A stretch of DNA of 64,000 nt, taken from positions 288,001-352,000 of the forward strand of contig CAVSQW010000008.1 of NCBI GenBank assembly GCA_963730185.1, read 5' to 3'. The notes under the pieces were generated by a model. It worked only from the letters and a program-made list of their open reading frames with translations. It searched no databases and was not told where the DNA came from. Below are positions 49,248 to 58,807 of this stretch, piece after piece. Source of the stretch: an uncultured Gemmatimonadales bacterium. Its GTDB lineage: Bacteria; Gemmatimonadota; Gemmatimonadetes; Gemmatimonadales; GWC2-71-9. Position numbers and translations under genes: made by a program. Position 1 is the stretch's first letter. Every line of letters starts with the position of its first letter.

Positions 49248-50725
49248 GGGCGCTTCGGATCGGTCTCGCGCTCGGTCTGGGGTGGGCCTTGCTCGGCGGA
49301 GCGGCCAGGGCCGATGCTCAGCGTCCGGACACCGCGCGGTGGGATCACGCCCGCCACGCCAAGGTGTTCCCCAACTGTCTGATCTGTCACGCGGGCGCCG
49401 CCGAGGCAGGGGCGCCGATGTTCCCGGCTCCGGTTGCCTGCCAGGCCTGCCACGATGGGACCGTCGAGCCGCGGATCAGCTGGGAGCCCCGGGTTGGGCC
49501 CCGGCCCAGCAACCTGACCTTCGATCACGCCCGCCACCGGGCCGCGTTCGCCCGCGGCGCCAGTCGCCATCCGGGCCGCGAAGCCCCCCAGTGCGTCACC
49601 TGCCACATCCCGGAGGGGGCCGGTTGGATGCGGGTCCAGCGCGCCGTGGTGCCGCGCTGTCTCGATTGCCACGAGGTGCGGACCGAGCACTTCGCGGCTC
49701 CGGACACGGCCTGCGCCACCTGCCACCGACCGCTGGCCGACGCGCCCAACCTGCCCGACGCGAAGATCGCGGCTCTCAAGGCGCCGCCGTCGCACCAGGC
49801 CCCGGGCTTCGTGGGGAGCGGCCCGACCAGTCACGGGCAACTCGCCCGGTCGCTGGACCGCTCGCACGGGTACGAGGTGGCGCGGAGCTGTGCCACCTGT
49901 CACGCCCGGGATTTCTGTCTCGACTGTCACGTCAACGCGCCAGAGACCGAGGCGATCCAGGATCTGAAGCCCGATCCGCGTTCGCTCCTGATCCCGGCCA
50001 AGCTCGAAGCACCGGCTTCTCATCATCGGGCCGACTTCGCCCGGAAGCACGGCTCGTTGGCGGGCAAACAGGGTGAGCGGTGCGTCGTCTGTCACACCCG
50101 CGAGAGCTGTGCGACCTGCCACGCCGGCACCCTCCCGGCGGCCGCCGCCTCGCTCGCCATGGCCGGTCCTGGCCGGGCACCCGGGGCCAAGACGGTCCGC
50201 CGGCGGCCGCGCTCGCACGGCGCCGGCTGGGACGAGCACCATGCCTCGCTGGCCGACGCCGCCCCGACGACCTGCCTGAGCTGCCACGTCCGGTCCACCT
50301 GCCTCGAATGTCACCGACCGGCCGCCGGCCAGCGGAACGGGTTCCACCCCGTGGGCTTCCTGGCTTCTCACCCGGCCGCCGCGTACAACCGCCAATCCAA
50401 CTGCGCCGACTGCCACAATCAGGCCCAGTTCTGCGCGACCTGTCATGCTCAGGCCGGGCTCAGCGCTCGGGTGGGGCTCGGGACGGCCGAGCGCTACCAC
50501 GACGCCAAGGGCGTCTTCATTCTCGGCCACGGTCAGGCCGCCAGGCAGAACCTCGAGACCTGCGTCAGCTGCCACGTGGAGCGCGATTGCCTCAAGTGCC
50601 ACGCGGCCCTGGGCGGGCGGCGGTTCAACCCGCACGGCCCGGGCTTCGACCCGGAGCGGCTCCGCAAGAAGAACCCGGAGATGTGCATCGCCTGCCACGG
50701 CCTGGCGATACCGGGTAGTGAGTAG
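49244..50725 (+). CDS. Periplasmic 16-heme cytochrome c
   Basis: Signal peptide; 16 CxxCH; N-terminal cytochrome c3/c7-like (W/F)DHARH segments and five C-terminal diheme repeats. Confidence 0.9.
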   Translation: MRALRIGLALGLGWALLGGAARADAQRPDTARWDHARHAKVFPNCLICHAGAAEAGAPMFPAPVACQACHDGTVEPRISWEPRVGPRPSNLTFDHARHRAAFARGASRHPGREAPQCVTCHIPEGAGWMRVQRAVVPRCLDCHEVRTEHFAAPDTACATCHRPLADAPNLPDAKIAALKAPPSHQAPGFVGSGPTSHGQLARSLDRSHGYEVARSCATCHARDFCLDCHVNAPETEAIQDLKPDPRSLLIPAKLEAPASHHRADFARKHGSLAGKQGERCVVCHTRESCATCHAGTLPAAAASLAMAGPGRAPGAKTVRRRPRSHGAGWDEHHASLADAAPTTCLSCHVRSTCLECHRPAAGQRNGFHPVGFLASHPAAAYNRQSNCADCHNQAQFCATCHAQAGLSARVGLGTAERYHDAKGVFILGHGQAARQNLETCVSCHVERDCLKCHAALGGRRFNPHGPGFDPERLRKKNPEMCIACHGLAIPGSE

Positions 50726-50925
50726 GGAATAGGGAGTGGGGAGCAGGGAGGGAGTGGGGGGAGTAGGGGAGGGAGTGGAGGGGAGGGAGTAGGTGGACGC
50801 TCGGTACCGGCTCCTCCCACTTCCCACTCCCCTACTCCCCCTACTCCCCACTACTCCCTTCCCTACTCCCCACTCCCAACTCCCTCCCTATTCCCCACTC
50901 ACAACTCCCTATTCACTAAACTACG
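50715..50925. repeat. Heptamer-based purine/pyrimidine imperfect inverted repeat
   Basis: G-rich arm (GGGAGTR-like units, ~50715-50793) and complementary C-rich arm (CCCTACT/CCCCACT units, ~50811-50925). Confidence 0.8.
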
Positions 50926-50932
50926 TTTCACC

Positions 50933-51394
50933 ATGTGCGAGATCGCGGTCAACGGCATCGTCCGGGAACTGCCGGCGACGGTGTGGCTTTCCCTCCTCGA
51001 CTTCCTTCGTAACCACCTGGGGCTCACCGGCGCCAAGCCGGGGTGCCGCGAGGGGGAGTGCGGCGCCTGCACCGTGCTCGTCGACGGGCGTCCGGTGCTC
51101 TCCTGCCTGACCCTCGCCCGATCGGCGGAGGGCGCCAGCGTGACGACCATCGAAGGGCTGGCCGACGGCGAGCGGCTTCACCCCGTCCAGCGCGCCTTCA
51201 TCGAGCACGACGCGTTGCAGTGCGGCTACTGCACTCCGGGACAGATCCTCTCGGCGGTGGCCTGCATCGCGGCCGGTCACGCGGATTCCGACGAGCGCGT
51301 CCGCGAGTGGATGAGCGGCAACCTCTGCCGCTGCGCCGCGTATCCCCAGATCGTGGCCGCGGTCCGGGCCGCCGGCGCGGAGCTCGGGTCGTGA
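50933..51394 (+). CDS. 2Fe-2S subunit of a xanthine dehydrogenase-family oxidoreductase (PaoA/CoxS-like)
   Basis: GCREGECGACTV, QCGYCTPGQ, GNLCRC. Confidence 0.93.
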   Translation: MCEIAVNGIVRELPATVWLSLLDFLRNHLGLTGAKPGCREGECGACTVLVDGRPVLSCLTLARSAEGASVTTIEGLADGERLHPVQRAFIEHDALQCGYCTPGQILSAVACIAAGHADSDERVREWMSGNLCRCAAYPQIVAAVRAAGAELGS

Positions 51395-52371
51395 CCGATC
51401 TGGCCTACCTTCGTCCCACTTCCGTCGCGGAGGCGGTGGCGCTCACCGCCGTCGACGCGACGGCTCGGTTCCTGGCCGGAGGGACGGAGCTGATTCCGGG
51501 GATGCGCCAGGGCTTGGCCCGTCCGGCGACCCTGGTCGACATCACCCGCTTGCCGCTCCGGGGCGTCGAGCGGCGCGACGGCGGGCTGCGGATCGGGGCC
51601 CTGACCCGGCTGGTCGACGTCGCCGCGGACCGCGAGGTCCGGCGGACCGCCCCGGTCTTGGCGCGCGCCATCGAGCTGGCCGCGAGCCCTCAGCTCCGCC
51701 AGATGGCCACCCTGGGTGGCAACCTGCTTCAGGAAACCCGGTGTCCCGTTTTTCGAGCTGGGCCGGGCCTACCCTGCAACCGGCGGGTTCCGGGGAGCGG
51801 CTGCCCGGTCCGAGCCGGCAACCAACGGTCCGCGGCGATTCTCGGAGCGACCGAGGCGTGTGTCGCCACCCATCCGTCCGATCCCGCCGTGGCGCTGGTT
51901 GCCCTCGATGCCCGGGTCACGGTCCTGAGCCCCGCCGGCGAGCGGGAGACGACCGTCGAAGCCCTCCTCGCCCGGCCGCCGGAGCAGGGCGTTCGGCTGG
52001 CGCCGGGAGAGCTGATCACCGCCGTCGACCTGCCCCTGACCGAGCCGGGCTGGGCGTCCGACTACGTCAAGGTTCGGGATCGCGCGTCCTTCGATTTTGC
52101 CCTCGTCTCCGCCGCCGCCTCGCTCCGAATGGCCGGCGGGCGGATCAGAGCGGTCCGGCTGGTGCTCGGCGGCGTGGCGCCCTGGCCCTGGCGATGCCGG
52201 GTGGCCGAGGGGCGGCTCGCCGAGAGCCGCCTGGACCGGGGCGCGCTGCGAGCGGCGTTCGACGCCGAGCTGGCCGCCGCGGCTCCCCTGCCGGGCAACG
52301 AGTTCAAGGTCCAGCTGGCCGCCGAGGCTGGGGTCCGGGCGTTGGTGAGCGCGGCGGGAGGGGCCGGGTGA
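51391..52371 (+). CDS. FAD-binding subunit (PaoB/YagS-like)
   Basis: AGGTEL, ASPQLRQMATLGGNLLQ, four-Cys insert, HPSD, KVRDRASFDFALVS. Confidence 0.92.
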   Translation: MTDLAYLRPTSVAEAVALTAVDATARFLAGGTELIPGMRQGLARPATLVDITRLPLRGVERRDGGLRIGALTRLVDVAADREVRRTAPVLARAIELAASPQLRQMATLGGNLLQETRCPVFRAGPGLPCNRRVPGSGCPVRAGNQRSAAILGATEACVATHPSDPAVALVALDARVTVLSPAGERETTVEALLARPPEQGVRLAPGELITAVDLPLTEPGWASDYVKVRDRASFDFALVSAAASLRMAGGRIRAVRLVLGGVAPWPWRCRVAEGRLAESRLDRGALRAAFDAELAAAAPLPGNEFKVQLAAEAGVRALVSAAGGAG

Positions 52372-54479
52372 GCGCGATCGGCGTCCCGACCCGGCGGGTG
52401 GACGGGCCGGACAAGGTCACCGGGAGGGCCCGGTTCGTGGGCGACCTGGAATTCGACGGTCTGCTCGACGGCGGCTTCGTCCCGAGCCCGGTGCCCGCCG
52501 GGCGGATCTTGGCGATCGACGTCGGCGCCGCGCGGCGGGCCCCGGGCGTGGTGGCCGTGTACACTCACGAGAACGTCCCTCGCCTGCCCCCGCTGGAGCA
52601 CTGGGCCCTGGGCCAGACTCGGATGCCGCTCCAGTCCGACGAGGTGAAATACGAGGGAGAGCCGGTGGCCCTGGTGCTGGCCGAGTCGGGCATGGCGGCC
52701 CACCTGGCCGCCCGGCTGGTGCGGGTCGAGATCGAGCCCGCGGCCGCTCGGCTGGACCTCGAGGCGTTGGCGGCCGAGGCCGTGGAGATCAAGGACTGGG
52801 CGCCCAATACCTCGAGCGTGGGCGACGTGGACCGGGGGCTCCGGGAGGCGGCGGTCCAGGTCGACCAGACCTACCGGACCGCCGACCGCCACCACTCGGC
52901 GCTGGAGACGTCGGTGGCGGTCGCCCGGTGGACCGGTGACCAGCTCGAGCTCTGGACCTCCACCCAGTGGGTGGGCGGGGTGCGATCGGCCTTGGCCGAG
53001 GCCCTCGGTGTGCCGGCCGAGCGGATCAGGGTTCGGGGCGCGCAGGTGGGGGGTGGCTTCGGCGCCAAGGGCTCGACCTGGCCGCACGAGGTGTACGCCG
53101 CCGTCGCGGCCCGGGCACTGGGGCGTCCGGTGCGGATCGCCCTGACCCGGGCCGAAACGTTCACGGCCCATGGCTATCAGCCCGGGACGATCCAGCGGGT
53201 GACACTCGGCGCGGACCGGGATGGCCATCTGACCGCAATCCGCCACGAGAGCATCGCCTCGGCGGCGATGGCCGACGACTACGTGGAGCACGGGAGCCTG
53301 GGCTCTCGCTCGATGTACGCCTGTCCCAACATCGCCACCCGGGACCGGGCGGTCCGGCTTCACAAGCCGCAGCCCACCTTCATGCGGGCGCCGCACGAAG
53401 GGCCGGGCATGGTGGCGCTCGAGGTGGCGATGGACGAGCTGGCGGGCGCGCTCGAGCTCGACCCGGTGGAGCTTCGGCTCCGGAACTACGCCGACGCCGA
53501 TCCGACCAGCGGCAAGCCGTTCTCCAGCAAGGCCCTCCGGGAATGCTACCGGCTCGGCGCCGAACGCTTCGGATGGAGGGAACGGAACCCGCCGCCTCGG
53601 AGCATGCGACAGGGCGGAGAGCTGGTGGGCTGGGGGATGGCCAGCGCCCTGATGAGCACCTTCCGCTTCGGCTCCAGCGCGCGGGTGACGATCCAGCGCG
53701 ACGGCACCGCCTTGGTGGAGAGCGCCACCCACGACATCGGGAGCGGTGTCCCCACCATGCTGGCCCAGGTCGCGGCCGACGCGCTGGGCATCGACTCCGC
53801 CCGGGTCGAAGTGGCGTTCGGCGACACCGCGCTCCCGGAGGCCGGCGGCACCTTCGGGTCGGCCACGACGATCGGGGTCGGATCCGCGGTCCGGGTCGCG
53901 TCCGAACGGCTTCGCAAGAAGCTGGAGGAGCTGGCCGGCGAGCCCGATCTCCGCCCGGACGAGTATGGCGAGGTCTTGGCGCTCCGGCGGCTGGACCAGG
54001 TGGCGGAGGTCGCGAGCTGGGCACCGACCCAGGAGGAGAACGCCTGGGCGATGAACGCCTACGGCGCGGTCTTCGTCGAGGTCCGTCTCGACGAGGCCTT
54101 CCTGGTGCCGCGGGTGACCCGGTGCCTGGGCGTCTACAGCGTGGGGCGGATCATCAATCCGCTGGGTGCCCGGAGTCAGGTCGTCGGCGGCCTCGTCTGG
54201 GGTGTCGGCCAGGCCCTGCTGGAGGACTCGGCCTTCGACGTCCGGCTGGGACGGTTCCCGAAGAGCTTCGGCGGCTACCGCCTGCCGGTCTCCGCCGACG
54301 TGCCGTCGGTCGAGGCGCTGTTCGTCGCCGAGGACGACCGCCGGGCCAGCGCCTTGGGCGCCCGGGGCGTGGGCGAGATCGGGACGATCGGCATTGGCGC
54401 CGCCGTGGCCAACGCGGTCCACCACGCGACCGGGGTGCGGGTCCGCCGGCTCCCGATCCGGACCGAGGACCTTCGTTAG
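52368..54479 (+). CDS. Molybdopterin-binding subunit (PaoC/YagR-like)
   Basis: DKVTGRARF, VGGGFGAKG, FMRAPHE, DIGSG, GARGVGEIG. Confidence 0.92.
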   Translation: MSAIGVPTRRVDGPDKVTGRARFVGDLEFDGLLDGGFVPSPVPAGRILAIDVGAARRAPGVVAVYTHENVPRLPPLEHWALGQTRMPLQSDEVKYEGEPVALVLAESGMAAHLAARLVRVEIEPAAARLDLEALAAEAVEIKDWAPNTSSVGDVDRGLREAAVQVDQTYRTADRHHSALETSVAVARWTGDQLELWTSTQWVGGVRSALAEALGVPAERIRVRGAQVGGGFGAKGSTWPHEVYAAVAARALGRPVRIALTRAETFTAHGYQPGTIQRVTLGADRDGHLTAIRHESIASAAMADDYVEHGSLGSRSMYACPNIATRDRAVRLHKPQPTFMRAPHEGPGMVALEVAMDELAGALELDPVELRLRNYADADPTSGKPFSSKALRECYRLGAERFGWRERNPPPRSMRQGGELVGWGMASALMSTFRFGSSARVTIQRDGTALVESATHDIGSGVPTMLAQVAADALGIDSARVEVAFGDTALPEAGGTFGSATTIGVGSAVRVASERLRKKLEELAGEPDLRPDEYGEVLALRRLDQVAEVASWAPTQEENAWAMNAYGAVFVEVRLDEAFLVPRVTRCLGVYSVGRIINPLGARSQVVGGLVWGVGQALLEDSAFDVRLGRFPKSFGGYRLPVSADVPSVEALFVAEDDRRASALGARGVGEIGTIGIGAAVANAVHHATGVRVRRLPIRTEDLR

Positions 54480-54481
54480 GC

Positions 54482-56158
54482 ATGGCCCGGAGGACGCTCG
54501 GGCGGGCGGTGCTGATGGCGGCGATGGCCGCGGCCCTCGGGCCCGGCGGCCTGTTCGCCCAGCGGCCGGCCCGGGCCTCCCTCGGGCCGGTGGAGCGGCT
54601 CTTCGATTCGGTGCGCTATCTCGGCGACCAACTCGACGTCACCCGAACCCGGGGCGCCGACCGGACCATTCACGGGGTGTCGGTCGACTCGCTGGTGGCG
54701 GCGTACGGCCGGGTCCAGCCCGCCCTGGTGCACGCTTTGCCGGCCGTCGACACCGCCGCCCTCAGCCCCGACGACCGGGCCGCGTTGGCGCGGATCAAGG
54801 TGGTGACCCGGCAGTCACTCGGGGCCGACCAGGGCGTCCCGACCGTGGCGACCGTGGGCAACGCCGCGCCCGACTGCCGCTCCGAGCCGGCCGGGTCGGG
54901 TGACGGGCGGGCCGCGCTGGATTCGCTCACCGCTCGGGTCTTCGCCTGCTACGGCGCGGCGGCCGGCCGGATCGTGGTCGACGGCGACACCCTCGACCGG
55001 CTCTCCATTCTCGGTCTCCTCGGCGCCACCGACGATCCCGCCCGGCGGGAGCGGCTCTTCCGCGCCCTGGCGCCGGTCTGGCGGTCCGTCAACGGCGACG
55101 ACGGCCCCGACAGCCCCTATCGGCGGATGGTCGCGCTCCGGCGCCAGGCGTGGGCCGGGCGGCCGACGCCGATGGCCCGGCGCGCCGCGGTCTTCGGCAT
55201 CGACGGCCCGACGTCCGAGACCTGGCTGGTCGAGGCGCTCGAGGCCTGGAGGGCCGTCCTTCCGGACACCCTGATCGAGCCCTGGAACTACTACTACCTG
55301 ACCGGCGCGGCGAGTCGACGGTTGAGTCCGCGCATCCCTCGCGATTCACTCCTGGCCTTGAACCGGCGCTTTTACCGCTCGCTCGGCGCCGATCCCGACT
55401 CGATCGGGATCCAGTACGACATCGAGCCCCGGCCGGGCAAGTATCCGGTGGCGTACACCACCTTCGGCGCCCGGTCGGTCGAACGGGAGGGGCGCTGGGT
55501 CCGGGCCGAGCCCTGGGTCTTCACCGCCTACCGGCTCGGCGGCTTCGACAACCTGCTCGAGCTGCTGCACGAGTCGGGGCACGGGATCCACATCGCCGCG
55601 ATCCGGACCCGACCGGCGTACGACGACTGGCCCGACAGCGACACCTTCACCGAGGGTATCGCCGACGTCGCCGCGCTCGAGGCCTACGAGCCGGCGTGGC
55701 AGGAGGCCTACCTCGGCGACTCGGTACCCCTGATCGAATCGCTCCGGGGCAAGTACGGCGCGGTCATGCTCGACCTCGCCTGGTCGCTCTTCGAGATCCG
55801 GGTCCACCGCCCCGGTACGGCGAGCCCCAACCAGGTTTGGACCGAGATCACCCGCGACTACCTCGACATCCGGCCCCACCCCGAGCTCTCCTGGTGGGCC
55901 ATGCGCGGGCAGCTGGTGGACTCACCTGGCTACATGCTCAACTATGCGCTGGGGGCGTTCCTGGTGGCCGACCTCCGCCGGGAGATCGAGCGCCGCTGGG
56001 GCGACTTCGCGCGCGGCGACCGGGCCTGGTACGGACGAGTGAGCGACGCGCTCTACCGCTTCGGGCACGCCCGCCCCGCGGCCCGGGTCACTCGCGATTT
56101 TCTGGGGAGGGCCACCACGCCCGACGCCCTGCTGGCCGATCTGGGACGGATCAGATGA
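54482..56158 (+). CDS. Secreted gluzincin metallopeptidase (M3/M2-like)
   Basis: Signal peptide, RPGKYP, LLHESGHGIH (HExxH), FTEGIA third ligand, YMLNYALG. Confidence 0.7.
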   Translation: MARRTLGRAVLMAAMAAALGPGGLFAQRPARASLGPVERLFDSVRYLGDQLDVTRTRGADRTIHGVSVDSLVAAYGRVQPALVHALPAVDTAALSPDDRAALARIKVVTRQSLGADQGVPTVATVGNAAPDCRSEPAGSGDGRAALDSLTARVFACYGAAAGRIVVDGDTLDRLSILGLLGATDDPARRERLFRALAPVWRSVNGDDGPDSPYRRMVALRRQAWAGRPTPMARRAAVFGIDGPTSETWLVEALEAWRAVLPDTLIEPWNYYYLTGAASRRLSPRIPRDSLLALNRRFYRSLGADPDSIGIQYDIEPRPGKYPVAYTTFGARSVEREGRWVRAEPWVFTAYRLGGFDNLLELLHESGHGIHIAAIRTRPAYDDWPDSDTFTEGIADVAALEAYEPAWQEAYLGDSVPLIESLRGKYGAVMLDLAWSLFEIRVHRPGTASPNQVWTEITRDYLDIRPHPELSWWAMRGQLVDSPGYMLNYALGAFLVADLRREIERRWGDFARGDRAWYGRVSDALYRFGHARPAARVTRDFLGRATTPDALLADLGRIR

Positions 56159-56747
56159 CCTGGACGTTGACGAAGAGCCCCAGGACGGCCGACACGCTGG
56201 CGTACTGGTCGAACACGGCGCCCGCCGGAGCCGGCGTTTCGGTGGTCAGGAACTCGCGGGAGGCGAAGTCGGTCGAGTCGGCCGTGATCCGGTCCCGGTT
56301 GCTCTTGAGGGTGAAGGAGTAGACGTACTCCTTGTTATCGACCGCCGCCGGCCCGCGGGAGGCGTTCAGGGTGTAGGTCCCCTTGGTCAGCTGGAGGTTG
56401 GTGTCCGAGGTCAGCTTGACCCAGTTGTCGTAGGCCTCGCCCGAGCCCGACTTCGAGTCGGCGATGACGCGGCCCGAGGCGCTCAGGAGCTGGTAGCGGA
56501 CCGTCCCGTCTTGGGCCACGTCGAATCCCGTCCCGTCCTTCCCCACCAGCTCACCGGTCGAGATCCGGGCGAAGCCATCGGCCGTCATCCGGAACCGGAA
56601 GTTGTCTTGCCGGTCACCGACGCTGAGCGAGGTATTGACCGACACCTTGGACCGGCCGTCCTCCAGATTGCCGATGTACCGGGCATAGGCCCGGGTATCG
56701 AACCCCACGTCCTGGGTATAGCGGCTGAGCAGGGCCACGTCGGTCAT
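56151..56747 (-). CDS. Hypothetical beta-rich protein
   Basis: Protein-like composition from MTDVALL with GC-rich third positions; no recognised motif. Confidence 0.7.
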   Translation of the reverse strand: MTDVALLSRYTQDVGFDTRAYARYIGNLEDGRSKVSVNTSLSVGDRQDNFRFRMTADGFARISTGELVGKDGTGFDVAQDGTVRYQLLSASGRVIADSKSGSGEAYDNWVKLTSDTNLQLTKGTYTLNASRGPAAVDNKEYVYSFTLKSNRDRITADSTDFASREFLTTETPAPAGAVFDQYASVSAVLGLFVNVQVI

Positions 56748-56894
56748 ATAGGTGGGTATCGGCGGGGGGAGTCCGGCTCTTGAGGCGGCCGGAGGCGAAC
56801 CCCGGCGGTGGGGACGGACGCTCCGGGGTGCGCCGGCCAATCAAGGCGGCCAAGGGCACAAGCCGGGGGAGGCCGGCGGGGGCCTCCGAAGCGT

Positions 56895-57698
56895 TCAGGC
56901 TGAGCCCGGCCTGCCGAACCGGCGGTCCCGGGCCGGCCGAATCAGTCTCGGGAAGTTGGTGATGATCCCCGCGACCCCCAGGTCCCAGAGCCGCTCCGCC
57001 GTCGCGGCGTCGTTCACGGTCCAGACGTGTACCGGGCAGCCCAGGCGGGCGGCGCCTCTCACGAAACGCCCTGTCACGACCGGGATCAGGCCCCGGTACC
57101 GCGCCGGAACGGCGTAGAAACCCACCCCCTGAGACCGAGGGGTGAGCCCCAGGGCCGTTCGTCCCACCAGGCCGGCGATCTCTCGCCGAGAGGCGCCGGC
57201 CAGGAGCGGCGGCCGGTGAAATCGCTCCAGGGCCGTCCGGAGGAACGAGGCGACCACGGCCTGGCCGGCCGCCTGCCGGGCGAGCAGGAGGTCGGCAACC
57301 GGGCGCTCCGCCTCGGCCACCTTGAGCTCGATCAAGAGCGGCACACCGGGGTAGCGGTCGAGCACCTCCGCGAGCGTCGGAATCGTCGCTCCCCGGCCTC
57401 GCCAGGGGTACGAGGTGGCGTCGGGCATGAACCGGGCTCCGGCGTCGAGTCTGGCCAGCTCGCTCGACGACGCGGCTGCCAGTGGGCCGTGACCGTCGGT
57501 GGTTCGCTCCAGGGTCGGGTCGTGATGGACCATCGGGACGCCGTCGGCCGAAAGCCGGATGTCGAGCTCCAGTGCATCGGCCCCCTGGGAGAGGGCCAGG
57601 TCGAACGACGGGATGGTGTTCTCCGGGGCGTCGCCGGAGGCGCCGCGATGGCCGATCACCGGGTGCCCGGAGGGGTCGAGCAGGAGGTCGGCGATCAC
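56895..57698 (-). CDS. Glycerophosphodiester phosphodiesterase
   Basis: IGHRGAS, PENT, ELDI, HHDPTLERTT, IELK, VWTVND, GIITNFP. Confidence 0.92.
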   Translation of the reverse strand: MIADLLLDPSGHPVIGHRGASGDAPENTIPSFDLALSQGADALELDIRLSADGVPMVHHDPTLERTTDGHGPLAAASSSELARLDAGARFMPDATSYPWRGRGATIPTLAEVLDRYPGVPLLIELKVAEAERPVADLLLARQAAGQAVVASFLRTALERFHRPPLLAGASRREIAGLVGRTALGLTPRSQGVGFYAVPARYRGLIPVVTGRFVRGAARLGCPVHVWTVNDAATAERLWDLGVAGIITNFPRLIRPARDRRFGRPGSA

Positions 57699-58717
57699 CG
57701 GCCACCGTCCAGTCGGAGCCCGGCGGGCAAGGTGACTCCGCCGGTGGCCAGGGCCCCCGCGATGATCGGGACGGTGAAGGTCACCCGTCGGCCGGACGAG
57801 GGCGCCACCAGCTCGACCCGGGCCGCCAGGCCGGCGGTGGAGTCCGAGCTCAGGGTCAGGGCGCTGTCCGGGAGGACCGTCCGGCCCCGGACGAACGCCA
57901 GCACCTGGATGGCGAACGGCTCCGGTCGGTCGGCGACGACCGACACCCTGGTGGCCGGCTCGCGATCGTTGCCCAGCTCGAGGACTCCGACGACGGAGGG
58001 ATCGACCGCGCTCTCGGGTGGGGCCGCGGCGGAGAAGGTGTCGTGGAAGGCCAGGAAGCGGCGACCGGTCCGGCCCGGATAGACCAGCTCCCGGAGGCCG
58101 ATGCTCGACGCGAAGAGCGAGCGCCCGGTGAGCAGGCTCCAGTAGGCATCGAGCGTCTGGCTCCCACAGCAACCCCGACTCGACATCCGATAGAGGTTCC
58201 CGATCGGCGTGCCGCTTACCCCCCGGCCGGCAATCCGGAAGAGCGGGCCGGTTTGGCCGCTGTCGGGTTGCCAGGCGGTGATCAACGCCTCCGACCCGAC
58301 GCTCTCCGACTCGACGCAGTAGCGGGTGTCGTAGCTCTCCTGGAGTACCAGGCGCCGCGGCCCCTCGTCGTCCTGGACGGTCACGACCCGGAACTGACGG
58401 TTGGTGGTCTGAATCGATTGGCACCCCGCGGCGTCGCGGTAGAGCCGCAGCTCCGATCGCGCCTCGTGGCTGATCACCCCGCGGGCGAGCACGGGGCCGC
58501 CATCCGTTCGACTGGAGGAGGGCGGCAGCGACTCGATCCGGCAGGCGGCACTCAGGATCAGGAGCGCGCTCCCGAGAATTCTCCACCGTGCGGGCCGCCC
58601 TGGCCGGTGGAGTCGGTCGGCCGTGCGAGATCTTGCACCTCGGCTCCGACGTCGACCTCGCCTAACTCCCAGGGCGAGCCATGTCGAATCGTTTCGGGAC
58701 CTGTGACGGATCGACAC
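57695..58717 (-). CDS. Hypothetical lipoprotein (start uncertain)
   Basis: LLILSAAC lipobox followed by a beta-rich domain with GCCG; stop overlaps the GDPD start. The nearest in-frame GTG is at 58717. Confidence 0.55.
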   Translation of the reverse strand: MSIRHRSRNDSTWLALGVRRGRRRSRGARSRTADRLHRPGRPARWRILGSALLILSAACRIESLPPSSSRTDGGPVLARGVISHEARSELRLYRDAAGCQSIQTTNRQFRVVTVQDDEGPRRLVLQESYDTRYCVESESVGSEALITAWQPDSGQTGPLFRIAGRGVSGTPIGNLYRMSSRGCCGSQTLDAYWSLLTGRSLFASSIGLRELVYPGRTGRRFLAFHDTFSAAAPPESAVDPSVVGVLELGNDREPATRVSVVADRPEPFAIQVLAFVRGRTVLPDSALTLSSDSTAGLAARVELVAPSSGRRVTFTVPIIAGALATGGVTLPAGLRLDGGR

Positions 58718-58807
58718 GCTTCGGGTGGAGTTGCTGCGACCGCACCACGGTATCGGCGCACCTGCCCGCGCGCCGGCACCTGCTCGTGACAGCGGCGTGT
58801 TGGCGTC

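Noticed and set aside
50715..50925. CRISPR array
   Set aside because: Low-complexity degenerate heptamers with no unique spacers and no cas genes.
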